DNA from: Candidatus Binatia bacterium
GTDB taxonomy: Bacteria > Desulfobacterota > Binatia > HRBIN30
Assembly: GCA_038245295.1 (NCBI GenBank)
Contig: JBBRSP010000006.1
Coordinates: 32,001 to 96,000 of the forward strand
Length of the DNA: 64,000 nucleotides
Direction of reading: 5' to 3'
The notes below the pieces were generated by a model. The model made no database searches and was not told the origin of the DNA. It worked only from the letters and a program-made list of their open reading frames with translations. The position numbers were made by a program, and so were the translations under genes. Shown one piece after another: positions 19,427 through 28,870 of the stretch (position 1 is the first letter of the stretch; the number at the start of each line of letters is the position of its first letter).

Positions 19427-19612
19427 TTACGGGATCCCCTCCATCGGAAGGCCACCGGACACGCCACGCGGGTTAATCTTCTTCGTCGAAAGCGAACCCA
19501 ACGTGAGCGACACGGCCGTATGGGCCATGGCTACCGGCGCAAACCAGCATACGGCGGCGCGGGCGGCGCGCTGCGCGGTATGGGTGGCTTGGCTGAGTTG
19601 GATCTGTTTCAT
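19427..19612 (-). CDS. Putative leader peptide (61 aa)
   Basis: MKQIQLSQATHTAQRAARAAVCWFAPVAMAHTAVSLTLGSLSTKKINPRGVSGGLPMEGIP; AAGGAC-AAGGAC before the ATG; reads through the antiterminator and stops 26 nt before the terminator stem. Confidence 0.55.
   Translation of the reverse strand: MKQIQLSQATHTAQRAARAAVCWFAPVAMAHTAVSLTLGSLSTKKINPRGVSGGLPMEGIP
19448..19460 (-). promoter_or_regulatory. Putative antiterminator strand
   Basis: Minus-strand GTCCGGTGGCCTT is an exact 13-nt copy of the terminator 3' arm, hence complementary to its 5' arm. Confidence 0.75.
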
Positions 19613-19751
19613 CGAGTTGGCGTCCTTGTCCTTGGTTTCTTCCGTGACCGACTATTTGCCACAGGGGCGCGGGGTGAAGCAAGTCATTGCTTCCAACATT
19701 CGTGGACTGTTGCGGTGTGTGCTATCTGCCGCCCCCGGGACGAAGACACGT

Positions 19752-20861
19752 ATGAACAAGTTGCACGTTGGGATCATTTTTGGCGGGCGCTCGGGCGAAC
19801 ACGAAGTATCGTTGCGCTCGGCACGCGCGGTAGCGGATGCGATCGACCGGAACCGATACCGGGTCACACTGATCGGCATCAGCCGCAGCGGCCACTGGCG
19901 TTTACTCAGCGACGAGCAGTTCCGGCAGATCACGGACAGGCCTCTGGCGAGCATCGGTGACGAGGGACGCGAGATCTTTCTGTTGCCTTCGGGCACAAAG
20001 GGCCAAATGCTCGACGCCCGCGAACCGCAGGAGCACCTTGGAACACTCGACGTGGTCCTGCCTCTGCTGCATGGCCCGTGCGGCGAGGATGGAACGGTTC
20101 AGGGCTTTCTGGAGCTGGCCAACGTTCCCTATGTCGGAGCGGGCGTCCTGGGTTCGGCCGTTGGCATGGATAAGGACGTACAAAAGCGGTTGCTACACGA
20201 AGCGGGCCTTCCGATCACCCCATTCTTTGCCCTGACGACAACAAGATGGGCAACTCACGCCGTGGTGGTTCGTGAACAGGCAACCGCATTGGGGTTCCCG
20301 CTGTTCATCAAACCGGCGAATATGGGTTCATCCGTAGGGGTCTCGAAGGTTCATGATCTCAGCGAACTAGACGCAGCCATTTCGCTCGCCTTTCGCTTCG
20401 ACACCAAGGCCCTGGTCGAGAAGGGCATCGATGCCCGCGAGATCGAATGTGCTGTCCTCGGTAACGACGACCCGCAGGTCTCCGTGCCCGGGGAGGTGCG
20501 GTCACGGTCCGAATTCTACTCCTACGAAGCCAAATACATCGATGAGAACGGCGCCGAGCTGCTCATCCCGGCACCCATCTCAGAGGCGCAAGCCGCGGAA
20601 GTACGTCGTCTGGCAGCGGCAGCATTCACGACGCTGGAATGCGCTGGCTTGGCACGGATCGACCTCTTTCTCGAACGCAGGAGCGGGCGGTTCTTGATCA
20701 ACGAGATCAACACGATCCCGGGTTTCACGTCGATCAGTATGTACCCGAAACTATGGGAAGCATCGGGGTGTTCCTTTGCGCAACTCATTGATCGATTGAT
20801 CGCGTTGGCGATGGAGCGACACACGCGCCGCCGCAGCCTGCAGACGACCCTGCCCGAATAG
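19752..20861 (+). CDS. ddl: D-alanine--D-alanine ligase
   Basis: FGGRSGEHEVS, LHGPCGEDG, KPANMGSSVG, FYSYEAKY, NEINTIPGFT; start re-picked at MNKLHV. Confidence 0.97.
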   Translation: MNKLHVGIIFGGRSGEHEVSLRSARAVADAIDRNRYRVTLIGISRSGHWRLLSDEQFRQITDRPLASIGDEGREIFLLPSGTKGQMLDAREPQEHLGTLDVVLPLLHGPCGEDGTVQGFLELANVPYVGAGVLGSAVGMDKDVQKRLLHEAGLPITPFFALTTTRWATHAVVVREQATALGFPLFIKPANMGSSVGVSKVHDLSELDAAISLAFRFDTKALVEKGIDAREIECAVLGNDDPQVSVPGEVRSRSEFYSYEAKYIDENGAELLIPAPISEAQAAEVRRLAAAAFTTLECAGLARIDLFLERRSGRFLINEINTIPGFTSISMYPKLWEASGCSFAQLIDRLIALAMERHTRRRSLQTTLPE

Positions 20862-20890
20862 AGCAACGAGCGCCCCTTCGTCCGGGGGAG

Positions 20891-21358
20891 TCAGCCCTGC
20901 AAGAGACGGACGGCGGCGCGCAGGGCGAGCAAGTAGCTGTCCAGCCCGAAACCACAAATCTGCCCCACCGCGACTGCGGCGATATAGGAATGGTGACGGA
21001 ACTCTTCGCGCTTGTGGATATTAGAGAGATGCACCTCGATGACGGGCAATCCGACGGCCACGAGGGCATCGCGGATGGCGATGCTGGTATGCGTGTAGGC
21101 ACCGGCATTGATGATGATCAGGTCGGCACTGTCACGAGCGGCGTGGATGCAACTGACAAGCTCCCCTTCGAGGTTCGACTGCACCGTTGAGACCTCGACC
21201 CCGAGCTCTCCAGCCAATTGCTCAAGTGCGGCGTCAATGTCCCGCAACGTGTCGCGTCCGTAGACAGCCGGCTCACGCGTTCCCAGGAGATTCAGATTCG
21301 GCCCATGGAGGACCTGGATGTGTTTCCGTGACTTCGTGGATTTCGAGCGCTTCGACAC
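20891..21358 (-). CDS. aroQ: Type II 3-dehydroquinate dehydratase
   Basis: [49 protein letters not shown]. Confidence 0.97.
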   Translation of the reverse strand: MSKRSKSTKSRKHIQVLHGPNLNLLGTREPAVYGRDTLRDIDAALEQLAGELGVEVSTVQSNLEGELVSCIHAARDSADLIIINAGAYTHTSIAIRDALVAVGLPVIEVHLSNIHKREEFRHHSYIAAVAVGQICGFGLDSYLLALRAAVRLLQG

Positions 21359-21458
21359 GTCGGCCCTGTATCAGAAGTGGCCCCGGCTTCGCCACCGACA
21401 AGATTGGGAGTGGCGAAGCCGCAGGCCGCTTATGGTTCCGTGTGGGCTAAGAGCTCAC

Positions 21459-24400
21459 CTAACTGATCAACCCTGAGGCGACGGTCTGTGTTACGTTCCC
21501 GTTCGGGCAATCGCCTCCACCTTTTCCTGCTACAATTACCGTCAAAGTAAATGATCCGACACTTGCCATGGGCTTGGCCGTCACCGGCACCGTAAACTGG
21601 GTTAGCCCCTCCACTAATTGATTGAAGCTCTGACCGTCCGGCAAGCTGAACGTCACGATCGAGCTGCCACTCGCACCGAGCACGATATCGTCCGACGATG
21701 CCGCGATCGTCACCGCACAGGAATCGGTGAGAGGATTGCGGCGATCATCGTGCACATTGACGGTGACGAAGCTCGTTTGTCCGGCCGTGAGATTGACTTG
21801 CGTCGGGCTTGCGATCGGCTTGGCCGTCGGTCCGGAGAACGTCACGTAGGCAAGGCCCCACAGGAAGATATTGGTATCGAGACTGCCCGACACCCCCTGC
21901 GGCCCAACCACTCCATCCAGCGGTGGTGTGTCGAGAAAGAACTCGAATTGAGTGTTCGGATCGAAGTGGCCGTTGCATTGCGGGCTCGGCGCGGAAATTG
22001 GGCAGGACGAGTCGTCGGTTCCGCCTAGCGGGTTGAAGTCTGCCGGCATAGGACGGAAGTCGACCACGGGCTCCGAGATATTGTCAGTCAGAATCACTTC
22101 GCCCGGCTCGTATTGACCGTTTCCGTTGTTATCGATGAAGCTCTCTTCACCGAGGGTAAACCCGAGCACGGCGACAATTCCCGTCGGTGGAACGACTGCC
22201 TCAGTGAGGAGTGTGGCTGTAGCTACACCATTGACATCCGTCGACGTTGGGTTGACGACGCTGGCAGCGTTCGAGACGAACGCCACGGTCGTCCCTGCCG
22301 GAACGGCATTGCCAAAGCGATCATTCAAGAACGCCGACACGGAGTCGGTAAGACCAAGCAGGCGGCGACCCGCCACATTCTGTTTAGCCACGGCGAGACT
22401 GAACCGATTAGCCGATGTCGGGCCACCCAACACGGCGACCCCCACCGACGACGAGAAGATATCGGGTGTGCCGTCGCCATTGGCATCGACGCTGGCGGTG
22501 ACGCGCACCGTCGAGGCACGAGTACCACTGGTCAGAAAGGTAGTCACGTTGCCACCGGCGTCCGTCACCGCCTGCTGAGGCGACAGGAGCTCCGTGCCCG
22601 TTCCCGTCAGAGTGAAGGTGACCGGCACCCCTGAAAGCGGTTGGTTTTGGATGTTGGTGACAAGGAACTTCAACACGGATTGCTCAGGTCGACCTGAGGC
22701 GCGAACACCTAGGATCGATGGCGACGCTCCAGTGAATTGGATCGAACCAGCCGGCGGCGTCGGCGTCGTGGTCGGCAATTGGGTACTCGTTGCCGTTATG
22801 GTCGGCGTCGGGGTCTGGAACCCCTCCGGGAAAGGGGTCGACGTTGGAGCTTGCGTTGGCGTATCGGTCTGGGTCGGCGTCTGCGTGACGGTTGACGAGA
22901 CCGTACGCGTCGGGGTGCGTGTTGGACGATCATCCGGCAACACCACCGCCTTTGTAGCTTCCAACAAGGACCCGTCGGATGTGGTCAGTCGAGCCCGTAC
23001 CGTGATCGCGGTGCCTTGGCGATTCGACGTGTACTTTATGCAGGCCAACGCATCACCAGGTTGCGGCTGAACGTTTACCGAACCGCTGACACACGGGGCG
23101 GCTTTATTGGTCAGGCCGGGGCTGGTGATCGAAACACCCGACACTGGGTCGACCAGGCTGAACTCCACCGGCACCCCATCGGGCACCGTGACACCATTTG
23201 CATCGGTGACCAGCGCCGTCACGATGCTGGTGAACGTACCGTCACCGTTGTCGTTACGTCGAGTCTCGAACAGATCGATATCGGCGAACGAGGCCTTCGG
23301 ACCGATCTGGTTTAGGCCGAGCACGGCGATACGTCCGAGTGAATCGGTTGCCGTCACGATGAACGATCCCACCTGGTTGCCCGACGTGAGAACGAAGGAG
23401 CCGCCGGACATATCAACGATCGTGGAGCTGAGGCAGGCTTCCCCGGAAGCGGAGAGGTGGAACGGCGGTGCGCCACCCGTAACGACGAAGGCTTGGCTGA
23501 TGCCGTTGCAACCCGGAACGGCCGACACACCGGCGAACAACGTCGAGTTGCTCGGAGCGATAGCCGGCGGTTGGACCGTCGGTGTCGCCGTCGGAATCTC
23601 CGGCGTGCGCGTTGGTGTGACGGTCGGGCGACTATCGATGAGCACGACGTCGCGCACATCCTCGATGAACCCGCCAGTCGCGGTCTGCACCCGAGCTCGG
23701 ATCTGAACGTGCTGTCCCTGCAGAGCCGCAACGAACTTGACACAGGACAACGCGTCACCCGGCTGCAGAACTGGCTCGAAGTCGAGTGTGCAAGGAGCAG
23801 GCTGCAGCACAAAGCCGGGGCTGGTCACGGAAACGCCGCCCACCGGCGAGACGAGGCTGAAGTCGACCTGCACACCAGGACCAACGACGGCACCGTTCGC
23901 ATCCGAAACCAACGCGGTGATGACCGTCGTGAACGAGCCGTCATGGTTATCCACCACCCGGGTCAGGATCTGATCGAGGCGAACAAACTGCGCCCCGGGG
24001 GTTGGCGGGGCCAAGGTTGGCGTGATGGTCGGCGTCGCCGAAGGTGGCAAGGTTCCCGTCACCGTCAGAGTGGGGGTCGGAGGGCCAATCACGACCACAC
24101 CCGCCGAAGCGGTCCGCCCGGCAGCGTCGGTAAGCGTAACTGTGTACGTTCCAGGGGTGTTTCCAGCCGTGTAGAGGAAGGATCCACCGGACACGGTGAC
24201 CTGGTTTACACTGACACAACCACCGCCTGCGAAGACGTTGAACGGCGGTGTGCCATCCTGGATGACGAAGGTTTGTGAGGCTCCGTTACAGGTCGACGGC
24301 GGACCGCCCGTACCCTGCGCCAGCGTAGCCGCGTTGGGCAACAGTACTGGGGGCGGCGGTGTCGGCGTCGGTGTCGCACTCACGGTCGGCGTAGCGGTTG

Positions 24401-27400
24401 CTGTCGCCGAAGGAGTATTTGTCACCGTCGGGCTCGGGGTCGGTGTCTCCGTATTGGTGGAGGTGGGTGTAGCGGTGACAGTTGGTGTAGGTGTCGGCGC
24501 ACCCAAGAAGACGACCGGATAGCTAATTTCGACCGAGCCGTTGCCGCCGGGCGCCACACCGCTGGAGTCCGAAGTAATCGACACATTGACCGAGTCGACC
24601 TCCTGCATGCCAGTTGGCTGCTTGTCGACGAGGAGGAACTCGAATCGGCTCAACCCACTAACAATGTGATTGTTTGTAAAGGCATCGGGCAGGGTAATGT
24701 CGCTTACCCCGAGAATCTTACCGCGTGCGCCACCATAGGCGATTTTGATGTTGGAGCCGCCCACCAATGGATTGCCGACGGCAGGGAACGTCAACGGGTC
24801 CGGATTGTCGGAAACCAACAGCGTGAAGCCGCGGCTACCACCCGCGAGAATTGGTCCTTGGGTCTCGGGAATCAGCAGTGCGGCGGTGTGAGCCGAGAAG
24901 GTTGAGCAGATGGAATCGAACACGATGACTTGCTCACCGCAAGAGCGGGTTCCGCTTCCCTGATCGGTGTTGAACTGCGAGTCCTGGTTAAGGTCGATGA
25001 ACTCCTCACCTTCGGTATACGTGCCGTCGCAATTCGTGTCGAAATACGGCTCGCTGATGAGATGCAGTTCATCCTGGTCATCACAGACACCGTTGCCATT
25101 TTTATCAAGGAACGGGCGCTCGCCTCGGGTTGTGGCGAGAGTGTTGACGATTCCACCAGGCGGCAGCGGGGCTTGCGAGACCAGCGTGGCGTCGGCTTGA
25201 CCGAGGGTATTCGTCGCGTGAGGATCGCCGACAGCGCCGCCACGTGTCGTGAAGCTGACGCTCGTTCCCGGTGGCACCGGGTTACCGAAGCGATCGGCGA
25301 CGAATGCGGTAACTTTATTCTCCAAGCCGAAGGTAACCCGGCCGGCAATGTTCAAGAACTGGACGGCCAGACTCAGATTTGGCTGCGATGGCGGACCACC
25401 CAGGACATTCACCTGAGTCGATCGCGTTACTAGGGCAGGAACGACGCTGGTGACTTGGGCGGTTACTTGCAAACTGAGAGCGCGTTGTCCGGAACGCACT
25501 GTTACATGCACCAACCCATTGGCATCCGACGTCATCTGTTGTGGCGAGAGCGTCTCGCCCGAGATCTGCGGCAGCGAGAACTGAACCAGGGCCCCAAGGA
25601 CCGGCAAACCCAGCCCATCGGTAACCTTGAATGTCAGCGTTGACTGCTCCGGCAGGCCGGAACCGCGGACCCCTATGACCACAGGGTCGGCACTCACGAA
25701 TGCCAGCGCTGCAGGCTGAGCTGAGCTTCCCGGTGTTGGCGTGCTGCCACCGACATTGATCAGTGGAACCGAGATTGGATCGTTCACCAGGCCGCCGCCT
25801 GAGACGCGCAGGATGACCGCACCAGACGGGGTTCCCGCTGGAATGACCAGTGTCACCTGGGCTTCGCCGTCGGCGTTTGTCAGGTCCGAGCGCTCGATTG
25901 ATCCGATCGATGAAGAGAATCGGACGCGGACGTTCTCCGCTGGCGTCAACGTTGCGGTGGATACCGATGCGCGAACGATGACGACGGAATCAGCAAGATC
26001 ACTGACGCGAATCGGTGACGGCGAGACATTGACATCCAAGACACCGATCTCACCTGGCAACGTTACGACCTGACCAGCGACGCTGTTCTGGACGCCGTTG
26101 GAGGAAGCACGGACGAGGAGTTCGCTTCCCTGAAGGCTCAAGGGGAAGCGGATGCAGGTCATGGCGGTCCCAGGCTGGGTGACGAGAGCCGGAATCAAAG
26201 TAATACACGGCGGTGTGCTGTTGGTAATCGGCGAATTGGTGATGAGAACGTTACGCGCCGGGTCAGTGGGATCGTCACTACAAGTTCCGGTGCCACAGGT
26301 TGAACTGACCGTGCACGAATCTCCGTCGGCAGGACCACCGACGCAGACCTTGCGAGTTACAACTTCGAACGACGCAGGAGTGCCGTCCTCAACCGCGTTA
26401 CCCGCGCTGTCGATGAGAGCCGCGCTGATGATCGATTGTCCGAAGCCGTCCCCGTTGTTGACCAAGACGGGGCTGATGGCGACCGTGATCCGGTCGACCG
26501 TGCCAGCCGTCACTGCCACGACCGTCTGCTCCGAGATTAGCGGTTGTGCCAATCCTTGGACGGATGTGTCGACGCAAGCCTGGACTTTGACCGTTCCCGG
26601 CTTATTGCCCGCTTTCAACTGCACAATGGCAAAGCCAGCCTGGTTGGAAATCGTGTATGGATCGCTCGCCGAGCAACCACTGTTGGCCACCGGAGTCGGC
26701 GGTGGGTCTGGCAGGGTTGGAGGAAGAATCAGGGCACCGGTTGATGTGGTGCCTGCAGCAACGACATGGAAGTACACCCTGGTTCCGGACAAGGCTTGGC
26801 CGTTGTTGTCGAAGATCCTCGCGGTTACCGACGACAAATCGATACCGCCTCCGTTGGCCACTTGGATTCTGGAGGGACTTGACGCCAGTTGCACGGAAGC
26901 TGGCTTGCCGGAATCAACACCGGGCAGGCCAACGCCGTTGGGGCCTTGCCCAGCAACCACGCTTAGCCCGACTGCCCCTGTAACACCGCCGGCAAGCGCC
27001 TCTATGCCAATGACCGTCCCACCACCTACGCCCGGCTTGACCTCGAGGAGGCTTGCAGCGACGCCGCCCTGGGAGCCGAAAAGCCGCGAGCGATCAATCA
27101 GCGGATTGAACTGCCCCTTTGTGCTGGTAAACAAAACGTCGACACCATTGATCGGCGCGTTATCGCCGTCCAAAACGGTAGCGGTGACATTGACTAGGCC
27201 ACCGGTGTCGGAACCGATGATGGGTTGATCCAACTGCAGGACCACCGATTTGACCGGCTTGACGCCCTTGCCCGAGACAACCTCCACCGAGGTCGAACCG
27301 GCCTGTCCGCACGCCGCTGCACTAATGACCAACACATTCGATGGTGATCCCGGTGCGATCGTCAGATTACTCACGGCAAGGCCGTTGGCATCCGTGGAGG

Positions 27401-28151
27401 CAACGACGCGGCTGAACGTGCCGATCCGCGGCTGCTCATCAAACAAGATATTCACGTTGGAAACCGGCAGATTGTTGGAATCGAACACGACCGCCGTGAT
27501 CGTCGCCACGCCGCCGTCCTGAGCGCTCAAGCTCAGGGCGTTCGTCTGGACGAGAATCGTCTGCACGTTCATGCACGGCTCCGGCGTCGATGTGGGCGAG
27601 AACGTCGGAGTCAACGTCGGCTGCGGGGTGGTCGTGGCGGACGGGCCCTCGGTTCGCGTGAACGTCGGAGCCAGCGGTGCATTCACGACTACCGTTAGCG
27701 ACACGGTAAGCCCTTGGCGCGCAGATGCACCCACAATGGTGACGCGGAAGGTGTATTGTCCACCAACGAGTCCGCGCACATCACCCGTCACGACGCCCCG
27801 GGCATCGGTCCTCGCGTCCTCCGGCACAACCGAGAGAACGTCGAGCGCGGTTTCGATGAGAATGCTTTCGCCGGCAACGGCGTGGCCGCTGCTATCGCGC
27901 ACGGTCACGAAGTACGGCGTCGATTGAAGATCGAATAGATCAATCGACGACAAAGAAAGCGTGAGCGACCCGGCAGCCGACTGGACGGACCGAACGTTTC
28001 TGGAATCCACCGGCGTCGGCACCGGCGTCGGCCCGCCGGGCGACCCGCTCGACCCGCTCGACCCTGAGCCGCCGCCGCCGCAGCTCGCAAGCAAGGCGAC
28101 AAAGCTTCCAAGTAGCGCAGCGCGCATCAGATGCTGGATTGGGCGCTTCAT
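21459..28151 (-). CDS. Giant (2230 aa) lipoprotein with invasin/Big-1-like Ig domains, Pro/Thr linkers and Ca-binding-like DxNxDG motifs
   Basis: Lipobox LLASC then a G/S linker; repeated 'TDANG.A...L' Ig motifs; PT-rich tracts; DKNGNG, DTNCDG, DNNGNG, DANGDG. Confidence 0.85.
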   Translation of the reverse strand: MKRPIQHLMRAALLGSFVALLASCGGGGSGSSGSSGSPGGPTPVPTPVDSRNVRSVQSAAGSLTLSLSSIDLFDLQSTPYFVTVRDSSGHAVAGESILIETALDVLSVVPEDARTDARGVVTGDVRGLVGGQYTFRVTIVGASARQGLTVSLTVVVNAPLAPTFTRTEGPSATTTPQPTLTPTFSPTSTPEPCMNVQTILVQTNALSLSAQDGGVATITAVVFDSNNLPVSNVNILFDEQPRIGTFSRVVASTDANGLAVSNLTIAPGSPSNVLVISAAACGQAGSTSVEVVSGKGVKPVKSVVLQLDQPIIGSDTGGLVNVTATVLDGDNAPINGVDVLFTSTKGQFNPLIDRSRLFGSQGGVAASLLEVKPGVGGGTVIGIEALAGGVTGAVGLSVVAGQGPNGVGLPGVDSGKPASVQLASSPSRIQVANGGGIDLSSVTARIFDNNGQALSGTRVYFHVVAAGTTSTGALILPPTLPDPPPTPVANSGCSASDPYTISNQAGFAIVQLKAGNKPGTVKVQACVDTSVQGLAQPLISEQTVVAVTAGTVDRITVAISPVLVNNGDGFGQSIISAALIDSAGNAVEDGTPASFEVVTRKVCVGGPADGDSCTVSSTCGTGTCSDDPTDPARNVLITNSPITNSTPPCITLIPALVTQPGTAMTCIRFPLSLQGSELLVRASSNGVQNSVAGQVVTLPGEIGVLDVNVSPSPIRVSDLADSVVIVRASVSTATLTPAENVRVRFSSSIGSIERSDLTNADGEAQVTLVIPAGTPSGAVILRVSGGGLVNDPISVPLINVGGSTPTPGSSAQPAALAFVSADPVVIGVRGSGLPEQSTLTFKVTDGLGLPVLGALVQFSLPQISGETLSPQQMTSDANGLVHVTVRSGQRALSLQVTAQVTSVVPALVTRSTQVNVLGGPPSQPNLSLAVQFLNIAGRVTFGLENKVTAFVADRFGNPVPPGTSVSFTTRGGAVGDPHATNTLGQADATLVSQAPLPPGGIVNTLATTRGERPFLDKNGNGVCDDQDELHLISEPYFDTNCDGTYTEGEEFIDLNQDSQFNTDQGSGTRSCGEQVIVFDSICSTFSAHTAALLIPETQGPILAGGSRGFTLLVSDNPDPLTFPAVGNPLVGGSNIKIAYGGARGKILGVSDITLPDAFTNNHIVSGLSRFEFLLVDKQPTGMQEVDSVNVSITSDSSGVAPGGNGSVEISYPVVFLGAPTPTPTVTATPTSTNTETPTPSPTVTNTPSATATATPTVSATPTPTPPPPVLLPNAATLAQGTGGPPSTCNGASQTFVIQDGTPPFNVFAGGGCVSVNQVTVSGGSFLYTAGNTPGTYTVTLTDAAGRTASAGVVVIGPPTPTLTVTGTLPPSATPTITPTLAPPTPGAQFVRLDQILTRVVDNHDGSFTTVITALVSDANGAVVGPGVQVDFSLVSPVGGVSVTSPGFVLQPAPCTLDFEPVLQPGDALSCVKFVAALQGQHVQIRARVQTATGGFIEDVRDVVLIDSRPTVTPTRTPEIPTATPTVQPPAIAPSNSTLFAGVSAVPGCNGISQAFVVTGGAPPFHLSASGEACLSSTIVDMSGGSFVLTSGNQVGSFIVTATDSLGRIAVLGLNQIGPKASFADIDLFETRRNDNGDGTFTSIVTALVTDANGVTVPDGVPVEFSLVDPVSGVSITSPGLTNKAAPCVSGSVNVQPQPGDALACIKYTSNRQGTAITVRARLTTSDGSLLEATKAVVLPDDRPTRTPTRTVSSTVTQTPTQTDTPTQAPTSTPFPEGFQTPTPTITATSTQLPTTTPTPPAGSIQFTGASPSILGVRASGRPEQSVLKFLVTNIQNQPLSGVPVTFTLTGTGTELLSPQQAVTDAGGNVTTFLTSGTRASTVRVTASVDANGDGTPDIFSSSVGVAVLGGPTSANRFSLAVAKQNVAGRRLLGLTDSVSAFLNDRFGNAVPAGTTVAFVSNAASVVNPTSTDVNGVATATLLTEAVVPPTGIVAVLGFTLGEESFIDNNGNGQYEPGEVILTDNISEPVVDFRPMPADFNPLGGTDDSSCPISAPSPQCNGHFDPNTQFEFFLDTPPLDGVVGPQGVSGSLDTNIFLWGLAYVTFSGPTAKPIASPTQVNLTAGQTSFVTVNVHDDRRNPLTDSCAVTIAASSDDIVLGASGSSIVTFSLPDGQSFNQLVEGLTQFTVPVTAKPMASVGSFTLTVIVAGKGGGDCPNGNVTQTVASGLIS

Positions 28152-28182
28152 GCTCCGATCTCCTCGTTCCCGCAAGGCTTCC

Positions 28183-28854
28183 TCATCCTGGACAGCTCAC
28201 GCAGGTCTCGCCTGTCGCGCAATTACAGTAGTTGGCGAATGTGGGGGTGTAACGTGCCGTCGCATTGAAACTGCGGTTCAGACTATCGCGGCCTGAGAAC
28301 GTAATCGTCAGAGGCTGCCCTCGTCCGTAAATCTCGAGCGGTATATGCTCTTTCAATGAGAAATCGAACAGTAAGATGGAGCCGACGGTAGTGTCGGTAA
28401 AATCACAAAACGTCACCGTCCCGGGTCGACAGTCAGCGGCCGTTGAGCACTGCCGCGTCGATTCGTTTCGACATCGTCCGCCCGGAATGACTGCCGAAAG
28501 GGGTAGGCTCACATCACCCACCTGGGAACGGGGGTCGTCGAAGTGGATCGTATAACCACTCAGCGTGATGTCCAAGCCCTCAGCGTTATGGAAAGTGGCG
28601 TTGATGACCGTCTGGGTGAAATGCTCCAGGGTCAGATCCATACCGCCCATCGCCAGACAACAGTTTTCAACAACGTCAACGTCCGCAGAGGAAGCGTTGA
28701 CCGAGTCGGCCTGTGTAATGGCGTCGCCAGACCAACCGACGAAGTGGAAAACCAGGGCATCGTTCCCACCTGGTCCGTCTGCCGTCGACCCGCATCCAGA
28801 CGCTAGCGCGAACGAGAGCGCTACAACCAAACTCACTGAAACCAGACGCCGCAT
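28183..28854 (-). CDS. Cys-rich hypothetical lipoprotein
   Basis: MRRLVSVSLVVALSFALASGC lipobox; about 10 Cys in the mature part. Confidence 0.75.
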   Translation of the reverse strand: MRRLVSVSLVVALSFALASGCGSTADGPGGNDALVFHFVGWSGDAITQADSVNASSADVDVVENCCLAMGGMDLTLEHFTQTVINATFHNAEGLDITLSGYTIHFDDPRSQVGDVSLPLSAVIPGGRCRNESTRQCSTAADCRPGTVTFCDFTDTTVGSILLFDFSLKEHIPLEIYGRGQPLTITFSGRDSLNRSFNATARYTPTFANYCNCATGETCVSCPG

Positions 28855-28870
28855 GGACTTCCTCCCCGGT

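Noticed and set aside
19299..19751. 150-aa N-terminal extension of Ddl
   Set aside because: It runs antisense through the attenuator; Ddl homology starts at MNKLHV (19752)
22750..24500. Repetitive GTCGGCGTCGG tracts considered as a CRISPR or tandem DNA repeat
   Set aside because: They encode Pro/Thr linkers; no constant repeat-spacer pattern and no cas genes
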